NCBI GenBank assembly: GCA_012295275.1
Contig: CM022679.1
Span: forward strand, 15,624,001 to 15,688,000
Length of the DNA: 64,000 bases
DNA from: Chrysomallon squamiferum
Lineage: Eukaryota; Animalia; Mollusca
Direction of reading: 5' to 3'
Shown here: positions 40,132 through 53,341 of the stretch, piece after piece
Layout: every line of letters starts with the position of its first letter
Numbering within the stretch: the stretch's first letter is position 1
Notes under the pieces: model-generated
What the model saw: only the letters and a program-made list of their open reading frames with translations
The model's database searches: none
What the model was told of the DNA's origin: nothing
Program-made: the position numbers and the translations under genes

Positions 40132-41802
40132 TTTATTTTACATTTTACATTATTTTCTCTACATTCAACAATCATCAGAATATTTTTCCATTTGATATCT
40201 AATAAAACTTCTGCGTGTTTTTTCCACCCCCATTATTTATATGAAATATTAAACTCTGAAACAGATGTCATCCATTAATTTAACATTATTTATACAAATA
40301 AATACACTATGGTTATACAGGCGGCATTGTCTAACATTTGATCTTCTTTGATAACAAACAAAACAAACAAAAAACAAACAAAAAAAGATAGAAAGAAAAA
40401 AGGTAAGATAGCATCTGTTTGAAAACAGCTGATTATTGCAAAATATGAATAGAGGGTGAAATGAAGTCCTAGCTTAGAAACGAGTCATTATAAAACATCA
40501 CCTACATAAAAAACTCTCCACGCTGCCTACACTCGTAAACAATAACTTCTCCCTGTTACTGCACTACGCATAATTGTCTGTGCTTATCACAAGTCTAAAT
40601 CAGTGAGATCAAAGCCTCAATTGCACTTAACTGTCTTGAGGTAAAATACCTATTTGAAAATAATTGATAAAACGCCAAATTCGACGAAGTAGCCATATGC
40701 CTTGAGGCGTTGGAGGAATGTTACTTCAACTTATTGTGATACCTGACACAGCAGCGCATTGCCAGATTCACCTGTAGAATGTTTGATAACCAAACAAGAA
40801 CGTCATCCTGCTGTATTCAGAAACAAAGAATGTTTCACTGTTGTTGTTTTAATTCTATCTTTCTTCTTCTTTTTTTCCTTTTTATTTATCATTCTTTTTC
40901 TCTATTTCGTTTTTTATTTTCTTTCTTTCTTCACTGATCTTTTTTTTTTTTTTCCAGTCATTATTTCTGTTTTATTTTTTCGTTCGTTCTTTCTTTTGTT
41001 TAGTTTTTCCTTTTTTCTTTCAATATTCTTTACTGCTTTGTTTCTTGTTTTTTTCTTCCTAACTGTCTTTCTTTATTTATCTCAAAAATATCGAAATTAG
41101 ACATCTGACATGCATGTTTAACTACAACTAATGACTGTGAGTTTGTTTTGTTAAATGTACTAAATAGCTTTCATTCTTCATTTATCAACACTCAGAAACA
41201 TCTGTGTTTTTCTTTTCCAGTATTCATTATTAAAGTTTAACTAATTTGTTAATTTATTCACAAAATAACTGAACAACAGATCATCGTTTTGCCACTCATG
41301 CATTTCAGCAGTTTTCTCAGCAGCTGAACCGACAAGCACCGCTTTTACTGACGGTTGGGTCCCTAATCTCTGGCATCGCTTAGCAAAACATTATCATAAG
41401 AGGTTTGAACAAAAGAACTGATAATCTTCGAAAGCCATGTTACCTGTACTGGCACAATCAAAACACACCAGTTGGTTGGCAAAGAGACGAACAGAAATTC
41501 ACATAGGTGCAGATTAGTGAGATGAGCTGGGCAGTAAGAATTTGTAACTGCTTGTAGGGTTTATTTTTGTAGGAGATTGCAGTTTGTTTTGTAACTGGTT
41601 ATAGAATTTATTTTGTAATTGCCTATAGGCTTTGTTTTGTTTCATTTTACATGGTTTCTTTACAGTGTTTGTTTTATAACCACTTTCATGATCATTATGC
41701 AATTTGACTTTTCAAATGCTGCCTATCATTAGAAAATTTGATTTGTTTTATACAAAAAATGTTTCGTGTATTCACCAGCCAGTAACAGAAACACAATACA
41801 TA

Positions 41803-41806
<4 letters not shown>

Positions 41807-41897
<91 letters not shown>
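41807..41897. repeat. (AG)n microsatellite
   Basis: Read directly from the sequence. Confidence 0.97.
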
Positions 41898-41900
<3 letters not shown>

Positions 41901-44900
41901 TTAATGGAGGTAAAGAGGTACAAAGATAAAGAAAACGAGAGACAGAGACATAGACATAGAGAGATAGACAAACAGAGATATAGAATAAAGAACATACACA
42001 CATTAAAAAATTAACAATATGATGAACCAAACATTTCAAGGTATTTGATCAGTGTAATACAGAAGATAACTGATTGTTTGAACAATCTTCAGTTTCAGTA
42101 TTTTAATCTCAGAAACGAAATAAAAATAAATGAAAAATAAATATCATTAACAGTAACAATTCTTGTTTATCTTTGTTAGCAAACGATTCAGCTTAATCTA
42201 TTATGTACATTATTTTAAATAACGGAATAAGAAACAAAAAGATATATAAAAAAAAAAAAAAAAAATGACGAAAAAACGAAACAAAAGAAAAATGACAAGA
42301 AAAGAAAGAAACCAAAAAAAGTAGAAGAGAAAAATGAATAATGAAATAAAAAATTATCAATAAATTATTAAGAAAGGAAAAAAAAAAAAAAAAAAATAAT
42401 AATAAATTACAGAGAAACAAAAAAAAAATTCTAACTGAAAGAAAGATTTCAATGAAAAATCAAAGATATGATATTTATGCTCGAAACAGAGGGTGACACC
42501 CTTCGCCCCAGGCTATACCCATTTCGCCAATTAATATATCGAGAGGACAAAACTCTGTTAGGTCTTCCTTTCAGAAATCTTTATATCTGTTAATAAGAAA
42601 TGAAACTGTCTGAACGGTTCAGAAAGAAAAGATTAAAGTATTACTTGGAACATTTATTTTTAATGCAGTGACAATAACGCATTTTGTAAGATTCTTTACA
42701 ATTTGGAATTAATCGATTAACGTTTGTTTTAAGTTGTTTCTTCGGCTGTGGATTAATTTGTGTAAACATCTACTTAAACAAATATTCGTCTCTAACAAAT
42801 CGACATTGTTTGACATTACATTCTTTTTAAAATTTTAATACATATTTCGTAATATCTCATATTTTTTTTTTTTCATTACATATGTTATGCTATATTATGT
42901 TTTGCTATGTTTTTCTCTTTTACTATATTATATATGTATGTTTTATAAGTTGTAATAATATATTGCTTTTGTTTCTGTTTTATATATTTTTTTTTATTTA
43001 GTTTCATTTCCTGTTATTCTGAAAATTAGTTTTCACATGTTTTGTTTTGTTATTTATTGATTTATTTCTATCCTTTATAATTTACTTTTTATTTATATTT
43101 ATTTATTTATTTATTTTGGTTATATATCAGATTCAAGAAGTAAAGTTATCTAACAAGTAATAACTATAAAACTAAATATCTATAACATGGTTGTTTAACT
43201 GAAGTATACATACAGATGATACCATATCAGCTATTTATTACACAGATGCAAATCAGATCTGTCAAATCTTCATTTTTATATTCACATATGCTACAAATTT
43301 AGTATCGTTAAATATCCATCAATTTTACATAATAATGAAAAATGTATTTATTCACAACAGCTTTAATGATATTTACTTAGATCACTTAGTTCATACATTC
43401 ACATCAAATAGAAAACAGCAATTTCATTCAATAGTATCCAGATTTATTGTCTGTTATGCAGGGTTTTCAAGTGTATTACATCAAGTTTGTTAAATTTTCT
43501 TGATTGATTATTTTTAAACTGAGAGGAAATGTATTATTATATCACGTAAGCCTGATGAAACAGGTAAACTTTTGTTACTGATACTGAAGTAAATGAATTA
43601 TTATTATAACTTTCAAAAAACTATATTATAATTGATATTTTATATTAGTTCTTTATTTAACTTATAATTCTTTTTTCCTTTCTTTCTTTCTTTCGTTTGT
43701 TTGTTTGTTTGTTTGTTTGGTTCCCCATTTCTTTTCTTTTCCCTCTGTCTTGTCTCTGTTTATTATCACAGTTCCGACATTCCCCTATTAAAATATTTTC
43801 TCTATACAGTTACATCAATTTTATCTTTTTCATTGTCAAACTTGAAATGAAATTACAGTTTAAATTGTTGAAACTCTACGTTCCAGGCACGGAATGGAAA
43901 ACCCGATAGGTATAAGTTACATATACACGTTGACCGTTCGTAACATTCCCAAAGGTCGTCACCCACGTGACCGCTCCAACTTCCTTCTATTAAAACTGTT
44001 AATGGCTGCAATGTAGCTCCTCGGCGGGAGGATGTGTAACTGCCGGATATGACACATCTATTGATTCTGTGGGAGGATGTTCAACTGTTGCAATGGCTCG
44101 AGTGCAAATGGTTTGCTGTGTAAAGGAGTTATTGACCTTTGGTACTATCACTCAGAAGCAATATTTGCTTTTTAACGCTCGATTAAACAGGTGTTGAAAA
44201 TAGGCTTAGAAAATGCATTTGCACCATAATTATATTTACAATACCTGCAGATAGAACAGAACGTATGCGTAACATTGCAGTCTATTGATAAGAAGAAAAA
44301 AGCTTGAGAGGGATAACAAAATAATATAAATAAAATATATAAAATTTTAAAGTAAAACACAGTAATGTATATGTATATGTATATTTATATATTTATGTAT
44401 GTATGTATGTATGTATGTATGTATGTATGTATGTATGCATGCATGCATGTATGTATATATAAATTGTATTTGTGCAAAAAAAACAAACAGTAGGTAGATA
44501 AATACATAATATTTAAAAAATAACAACAAACAAAACAATATTTAAGTGACTTTGAAATTCTATAGTCAAGGAATGAATTTTGTAAATTATGTTTGCATAT
44601 GCATGTGATAATGTACGTGCATGTGTATGAACGCATTTATCATCTCAAAAAGCTTTGAAAAACCGTAAATAATTTCAAACAGATTTAAATAAATGGAATA
44701 AATGATGTGTAAAAATACGTAAATTTGAATTATAAAATAAAATAAATAAACATTTATACAAAGAATTAGTTAAAATTAGTAATTAAGTAAGTAAATAATG
44801 CAATACAATACAATACATTATATTATAATATAATTTAACCTAACCAAGTGTAAAAAAATATGTATACAGCATATAAATAACATAAACATAAAATATATAA

Positions 44901-45099
44901 TTTGATATGCTATAATATTCTACATTGTAATACATTATTATGTCAAGAACAATATAAAAATCACTATACGTTTAATGAAATAAATTAGAAGTTAATAGTA
45001 ATAAATATATTTTCGAAATAAACTATTAAATCTGTTTAATATATTGCTTACATTCGTTAGCTACAACTTGTAAATGAAAATATAAGTTATTATTACAGA

Positions 45100-46630
45100 C
45101 CGCGCCTCTCAAGCCTCTTTCTGAAACCTTGCGGAAATCGTTATTTCAGGTCGAGGCTAGGAGGAAGTTCTCAGAAATCGTTAGGAGAAAAAAAATCATT
45201 TTTAATAAGATGAAATCGATTCAACAGTAATAAAACCAAAGTGTACAGAGAAATAAAGATTTAATTTATTAATAAAAATCTATTTCATTTAATTAATTTT
45301 TAATATTTCGTTTGTAAAAGCTGCTAAGAAACAGGACACGCCCATCAGCCTCGTTTTGGATAGTTCACCAACTAAAAGGCTTGATTTTGTGAAAAAGAAT
45401 TTAAACATTTTATTTTCAGATATTGATATTTAGCCTTAATTAATTCAGTCTACAAAATATTATTTATCAATAAAAACATGAATAAAGTAGTTAAAATTTT
45501 AAAATTCGTTTTAAAAAGAAAACAATGTTTTATCCATATCCATATCATCTAGCCTCTTTCTCATTACTGTTGAGTGATGTCGACCAATCGGAATATTCAA
45601 AAAGCTGTATAATACAGAGTATAAATAAAAATTTTAAAACTATATGATTACATATATAAAATATCAAATATTTTTATATATATATATTTATTTAAATCCT
45701 TTAAATAGTCGTTTAGATATGTATTAGCAAAGACGCTTTTTCTATTAAAATTCGGCCTCGAGAGAATGATAACAAAAATAAAACGCCATTTTTAAAATCA
45801 AAAGACATGGGAGCAGCTTTCTTCTATTCCGCCTTCGGCCTCGATTTCGATAACAAAAAATAAAGAAGCCATCTTTTATATTGAAAGCAAATATTGAAGC
45901 AAATATTCTATATAAAACATGGTCTGTGCTAATTTTCTGATTATCACCCACAATCTACATGAAGTACACTAAGATATTTTGTCATAAACATAAACATCAA
46001 TTCAGTAATTTAAAAATATTCGTTCACTCAACATTTACGTCTCGTCCACGCCTCTTTGTCTCTGTCTGAGACTCAGTGGAGAATGCCCACCAATGAAACT
46101 GTCGCTTTCACCGTTTCACGGAAGTCAGACAAAACTGGTTTAAAATAACAGACTAACCCGCCATTGACCACAGTGATAATTAAAACGTAAATTTAGTTAA
46201 CGAAACAAAACAGTTTTATTATAATATTATTAATTTGTTGCAGAATGTTAACATTACTGTAATTATCATTTGTCTAATTGTTATGAATAGTTTAATGTAT
46301 CATTAAATTAATATAAATATTACAAACAAGTTATTACTTTATTTTTACTTTAAATAGTTATTATTAAATAGTTAAAATTTTATTATTATTCTGAATTGCT
46401 AACAAAAAACGTCAAAACAAAATTAAAACAATAATATAAACAGAAGTTAACAATTAACATATGTAATGATATGCATATAGTAGTCTATATCATATTTTAA
46501 AATAAACTGTAATATTAAATAGGTAATTACTAATATTTCGTTCATACAGTTATGTATTATAAATAATGAAACAGCCATGCCTCTAGCCTCGTTGTGGGAA
46601 TCTTCTTAACCGCTCCTCCAATGAAAATAA
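45100..46630 (+). promoter_or_regulatory. Homotypic cluster of RGCCTC(G/T)TT motifs, several paired with a downstream CCAAT
   Basis: GCCTC occurs at 45104, 45113, 45348, 45552, 45755, 45838, 46050, 46579 and 46586 on + and at 45153 on -. CCAAT occurs at 45584, 46090 and 46618. Confidence 0.45.
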
Positions 46631-46789
46631 AGGTAGAATCGAAAGGCAAGTTCCGCTATGCGCAGGTGAAGCATATTTAACATCAAAGAACAAAATAATG
46701 AAAATAGTTTATTTATGATTTAAATCAATACTCATTTTATATTTAATAACATTTCATAATAATAATAAAAAATCCTATATAAAGCTAGC

Positions 46790-46896
<107 letters not shown>

Positions 46897-46973
46897 TAGT
46901 AATCTATAGAGAATAACTGAGAAATTGTGTGAGACAATGATGTTAGAATTAGATATCTATATATCATCGTTTT

Positions 46974-47046
46974 ATAACCATAGCAACCAGCAGACTAGTT
47001 TCGTAGACAGTTGCTAAACAGGTTATAAGTGGTTTCACTTAGCAAC
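46974..47046. promoter_or_regulatory. Three RFX X-box-like sites
   Basis: ATAACCATAGCAAC (46974), GTTGCTAAAC (47010) and GTTTCACTTAGCAAC (47032). Confidence 0.45.
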
Positions 47047-47297
47047 CTCTTGTTACTTTGAATATCAGTGTCAAGTACAGTTAGATACTGGGAAGTACTG
47101 TTTGAAGTATTTCACTGTACAGCAGTCAAACTAACCTATACCTGCTCAGAGTGTTTGCATTTGTTAGTCTTATTTTTACTTAATTATGGTGAAATTATAT
47201 ATATAATCATTTTTGTGCGTAGTTTTATAGGTTCAGTTTTGAAGTATTTGTTATTAATATAATATTATTAAAACAAAATAAATTAATGAATTAACAA

Positions 47298-47365
<68 letters not shown>

Positions 47366-48910
47366 TAAAATAAAATAAAATAAAATAAAATAAATATAAA
47401 TAAATAAAAACACTTTAAAAAGTAAAAAGTAAAAACATGCAAGTAAATTAGTACTGACGGTGATGATAATGATAACAATAATAACAACAATAATAATGAT
47501 AAACAGAAAGAAAGAATGTAGTGAATGAAGAAAAAGTAAAAAAGACAGAAATAATGAAAAGAAATGAAGAAATAATTATTATCTTTAAAATTAATTTACA
47601 AATGAATACAAAAAAAAAAAGTGCTGTTTTATTTTACTTGAAACATAAAACATTTTTCACTGTAATTAATTATTCATTGCTTCTGCTTACTGTGTTCTTT
47701 AAAGTACACATAATTCTCCGTCGGCAAAATAATAATGAACGTGTTAAAGATTAGCAGTTGAATTAGTTCGCGCTGGGTCCTCTGTCACTGCTATGTAAAC
47801 CAGTCGTCAACTTATCACCTACTTGCTATGTTAGCTCAGTCCTGATTGGCTGAGACGATTACACGTCACAGTCATGGAGCATCTCGGGCACTAACTGATT
47901 CGAATCAGCATACAGCTCCTGCTTTTACAAATGTATGCGTTTCCACTTGAGAGTCATTGACTGTAGATGTAATTAATTATCAGTGTTCAAAATGATTAGT
48001 GCAATTAATCTGCTGTTTTTGAAGTTGTTGTTATTGCTCCCATTGAGAAAAGAAAAGAAAAGAAAAAGTATACGTTCACAAATAATAATTGAAGAGACAG
48101 GTGTTCACTGTTTTTGGGGCTGAATAGTTTACGGTTTTAAAAGCACAAACTAGATTTATTTGATATATAGTTGCAGTGTAATTTAAGAATTATTCATCTA
48201 TCTGTTATATTTCAAACTGCTGATAAATGTTGTTTCAGATATTATATTGCTTAGTTTGTTTGTTTCTTTGTTTTGTTACTGTTACTGTTATATATATATA
48301 TTATATTATTTTATTTAAAAATAATTATATTGTACAAACGTATTTATTTTAATTTAGTTTATTTTAAATACTTTCTATACCTTTTAAGTATTTGCTGTAT
48401 AATTTATGATAATTATTTTATTTGAACCAGACTGCTGAACCGTCTGACAATCCATCCATCAACACCTCTTTTTATGTGATTCCTAAATTCAGTTTTAATT
48501 TTTATTTCTTTATAATACTTCCTCACTTGAATTAATATCTTCCTATTAATCTAACATGTCATTTGTACTTTGCTAACAGATCTGCATGAGCTCTGTTTTC
48601 ATTTTAATACCAACCGTGATCTCGTTATCTAATATTATTGTGATAAAATAAAACTAAAACTAGTTTTTCATTTATCACAGATATTACTGATTAATACAAT
48701 GTATAAAAAGTGACACCGTTTTGTCAGGCAAATATTGTAACATGCTGTGAAAACACCATATGTTATACTGTATGCAATTATGTGTAATAAACAGTTTATA
48801 ATATTAACAATGATAATAACAGTATTAATAATAATAACAGCAGCAACAACAGTAATAGTAATAGTAATAATGATGATGATGATATTAATAATAATAATAA
48901 CAATAATAAC

Positions 48911-48979
<69 letters not shown>

Positions 48980-49334
48980 AAGAAGAGTATAAAGATGATG
49001 AATAAAAAAGAAAATAAACAACATTAATAAAATGGGGAGCAGGCATGAAATGGAGGAAGTGTTTTAGAATGAGTAATCTAAGTAGAAATGAATTAATTTT
49101 AGAAACAAAAACAAAGTTAATAGCCATTGGTTTAAAAAAAAAAAAAAAAAAAATTCTAAATATCAACAGTAAATGTGTTAAATTATTTTAATATTTACAT
49201 AAACTTTAAAAGATATATTTTACTGACACTAAGATAAAATGTTAAAAAATTTAAAATATCTGTGTATTAAAAACTTTCATCAAGTTGTTAATTTAAATTG
49301 CTGATAAATTATCCATATTATCATCTAGGCTGCA

Positions 49335-49404
<70 letters not shown>

Positions 49405-50389
49405 GTGACAACAACATAAATAATTTAAAATAAATAATTAAACAAACAATTCTTTCATTACTAGGAATAAATAAATAAATAAAAAAATTCTAGTATATAG
49501 ATATAAATAAAATAAATAAAAAAAATAAACAATTCTTCCATGGATATTTTTTTCTACAGTAGAAAAGTATAAAATTTTAATGCTTAAACAGACATTATTA
49601 CAGCACCTCCGGGAATATTAAAAATGACCTATAAAAATGCCATAAAATAGAATGAAAACGCTTATAACAGAGTTTATAAAATTTCGTCACGTTTTAAATT
49701 TGACCTTCATTGCTGATAAACAAAAACATTCGTCTGTGTAATGTATATTATTTTTAAATATATACTGTATTTTGTTGTTGTTGTTAGTTTTATTACAATG
49801 AGGAAAATAAAGGTAAACAAAAAAGGTCAAGCCTTAGTCAAAAACAAGGTTGAAATGAACAATAGGAATGGACCCTTTCTGTCTAGCTTCTATTGGATGT
49901 CGTTTCAAGCTCAAAGGAAAACGTGAACAACCCGTTTTAGCTGCAATGAATGGCCGACTTTCTAACTGCAATTGGACCGGCTGGAGAGGTTAGAGCATTG
50001 TAATCAACATCACTTATCATGTCTGGCTTATCGATTTACAAAATATATCTAGATGTAACGACTCGTTTTTGCCAGAGAAGAGCAGAAAGGAAAATTTTTG
50101 TCCACTCCATGTAACATGTCGTTCATAATTTTATCACATCCGTGCCACATTAACTTCGTCGGTAGTTGTCAAAAAAAAATAAAGTACTCATCCAGGTACA
50201 GAAAAAAGATTAGAAAAATGAAACCTTTTATCGTGCAATAATAATTCAACGAAATTTCGTAAATTATCGTTAAAAAGTTGACAAGTAATAAAAAATAAGC
50301 GTGCATATATGTTTAGCTTTAGGTAGGATGGCAGAAAAAATGTAAAATATGAGGTGAAAATTGACAATATCAAAGCAGACGAGAATGTG

Positions 50390-52215
50390 CTTCAAAATGG
50401 CGTCGCTCGATTTGCAAAGGTGTGACAACAAACATCGGCCTGGCAGCCTCACACGTGAAACTGACGTTATTTGCAAACCCACGAGCGGTCGTCGTATTTA
50501 AACATGACTGTAGATTTAAATTTGTGCAATAATTCCAGCCGGAGCACTAAGCCTGCAGGAATTTCGTTCATTAAACAAACAGATCACATAAACTCATTAG
50601 AAAAATGGCGGCTAGTTTGGGACATCTCTTTGTAGTGTGAGTGTGTCGTCTGCTTTTCACGTCTGCTTTGAAACAAGGCGTTAAAAGTCGCGTAAATAAC
50701 TGATTAAATTTTTTATAAACTGATAAAATATGTAACGATGGGGTGACGCTTTTGAAAATTAAAATAATAATAATAACAGTCATGTCAGGTGCACGTAAAA
50801 TCAGATATACTTGTAACTTTATTTTTAAAAATTGTCTGTATTAAATAAAAAATGATTTAAAAGTGCGTAAATATTTTAAAATAAATTTTTAAATCAAATA
50901 AAATAATTTAATGTGAAGAATTTAAGCGTGTGCAACATTTTTTTAAAAGACATTTAACATGAATATTCAACACAATGCCATAAACAAAAACATGATCGAT
51001 TTTTACACGTTAAACAAAGCGCTGAAGAAAACGAACGAATTATGACAGCATATAATTAACATACAGCAATATGGTTTTAAATTTCATACATCTAACATGC
51101 ATGCAATTACTGTTGAAATTTCTCAGCCTTTTGCTAAACAGAGACCGAGATATAAACACTTGAAATAAATTAACCATATACTTACAGTTCAAGCGCAAAT
51201 CTGGCGTGCGGGAAATCAACAGTCAAGGAAAATGCAGCGTAACGTGGACATTTTTAGTCATTTTTATATTTTATCTCGTTAGAAAACACATCGAGGATCC
51301 AGAAAATATCTTCTACGTCCTAAATGAAGGATCTGACTGGGGAAATGTAGCGAGGCAGACTGCAGCGATTTACAACGAACCTAGCGCTGTTGTTAGCTTT
51401 GTACAAAATGGCGACCAAAGGGATTAAGCATTCTCTGATTCACCGCTGGTTATGTACGGGCAACGAAATTCTGCACGCTTGGTCAAAACCCGTCATCTAG
51501 TTAGCTTTATTCAACATCCTAACACTTAAACAAACGGAAAAAAACAACAAAAAAAGTTTGAATAAATAAAAAAAAAGAATATGACTAACGAAATAAGATT
51601 TGAGAAGAAGAAAAAAAGAAGTACTCCTAATTTCAAAATAATATTAATTTTATTATAATTATCATTTTATCTTCCTATTGGGTGATAATCTAAATGGTGG
51701 GGGAGAGATGAAATTTTTATGTAAATGGTGCAGAGTTGAGATAAATAAATAAAAATAAAAATTGCACAATTAATGTGTCTTTGTCAATTGCAAGTAGAAA
51801 ACGTGGAGAATAAACCCAACGGCCTTTCTGCTAACCACCATCGCTTCTGGCGAAACACACAAACATCGGCAGACGTCCTAACTGCAATCGGGACGACGCG
51901 AATTATGTCGATAGGCCGAGCGGCTGGGAGGGGAGCGGGTGGGTTTGAACTGGGGCCGGTTGAGGTAAACAAATGGCGATGAAATCTACCCAACAAATCA
52001 CACAGAGGTGGGTAGGATGGGCAGCCATTCTCACTAACCCGGACAACTGAGAAACTTTCTGCGTCTTATCTACGTAAACACATTTGCACAAAGGGGAGGA
52101 GGGTTTGATAAAAATTTCTAGCTGACATTTTTGAAATCTGTTACGAGGATGACAAGTGTGGATAGATTGATGCAGAAACGAGAAAAGATAAAGGGCACAA
52201 ACAAAAATGGCGGTT
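50390..52215 (+). promoter_or_regulatory. Cluster of five co-oriented YY1/Pho motifs (A)AAATGGCG in CpG-richer islands
   Basis: Motifs start at 50394, 50602, 51405, 51971 and 52204. Confidence 0.45.
51926..51943 (+). other. Canonical G-quadruplex-forming motif
   Basis: GGG-A-GGGG-AGC-GGG-T-GGG, with a spare GGGG at 51952. Confidence 0.6.
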
Positions 52216-52332
52216 AGAACTGAGGAGCAGGCGACCTATGGAGGTTGCGAGGCGTTCGTATTGCTTGTTGACTTTACACCCTTCGTGGAGACGAGTCTGC
52301 TTGAAAAAGTGACCGCTGAAACACCACTGTAA
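52207..52332 (+). CDS. Candidate 41-aa small ORF or first coding exon (MAVRTEEQATYGGCEAFVLLVDFTPFVETSLLEKVTAETPL*)
   Basis: AAAAATGG start context, an upstream in-frame stop at 52189, non-repetitive codons, and a possible donor CT|GTAAGC at 52328/52329 overlapping the stop. I recognise no homology. Confidence 0.25.
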   Translation: MAVRTEEQATYGGCEAFVLLVDFTPFVETSLLEKVTAETPL

Positions 52333-52630
52333 GCAATTAAGATAACGCAATATATTAGCTGACCGTTACATCTAGCAGTTTTTCTATACGAAGCTGGTGT
52401 TTGTTTATTATTACAAAAAATACGGGAAACTATGTTTATTTTATAATGGTTCAAAAATAATAATTATAATAATAAATAAAATTGAAAATTGAAAAGTTAA
52501 AATAAGGGAAAGAGTTTATAAATAAAAAAATGGAATAATAAATTAAATAATTTACGAATAAACAGTAAATATATAAAATAAATGATGCAGCGCAATAAAT
52601 AAAATAAGATACATGAAAAAAGAAATGGGC

Positions 52631-52759
52631 TAAAATAAAATAAAATAAAATAAAATAAAATAAAATAAAATAAGATAAAATAAAGTAAAGTAAAGTAAAG
52701 TAAAGTAAAGTAAAGTAAAGTAAAATAAAGTGAAGTAAAGTGAAGTGAAGTGAAGTGAA
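52631..52759. repeat. Compound pentanucleotide array (TAAAA)n-(TAAAG)n-(TGAAG)n
   Basis: In-register stepwise change of the repeat unit. Confidence 0.93.
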
Positions 52760-53306
52760 ATAAATAAATAAATAAATATAAAATAAATAAAAATAAAAAA
52801 TAAAATCAAATGATCGATTTAATTTCTAATTTTAAGCACAAACAAAAATTTCAAACCAGAGCTAAGTAACTGATTTTCAAATAAATTTTTTCACATTATA
52901 AAACTATTTTAAAATGTGTTATAATTATTTTCAAACTGTCAGTAATTTATTTGCAATTTCATTTTTCTAAACTTCAGATGTAATAATATATATATATATA
53001 TATATACACATATTATTGTTAATAAATTAATGTTTTTAAAAATATTACATAAAAGTTTATTTAATAAACTTGTAATACATATTCTAACAGTACAAAACAA
53101 TCACTGACAAAAACACTGTCAACAACTGTAGAAATAAGATATTCATATTTAAAAAAATAATAATGATAATAAAATAAAAAATAAACACTTTTGCTTGACT
53201 CTTTGTAAACATTCTGAATCAATAAACTGTTTGGACAGAATAAAGAAACAAAACTCAACAACAAGACAACAAACAAATACAACAACAGCATCAACAACAA
53301 CAACAA

Positions 53307-53341
<35 letters not shown>

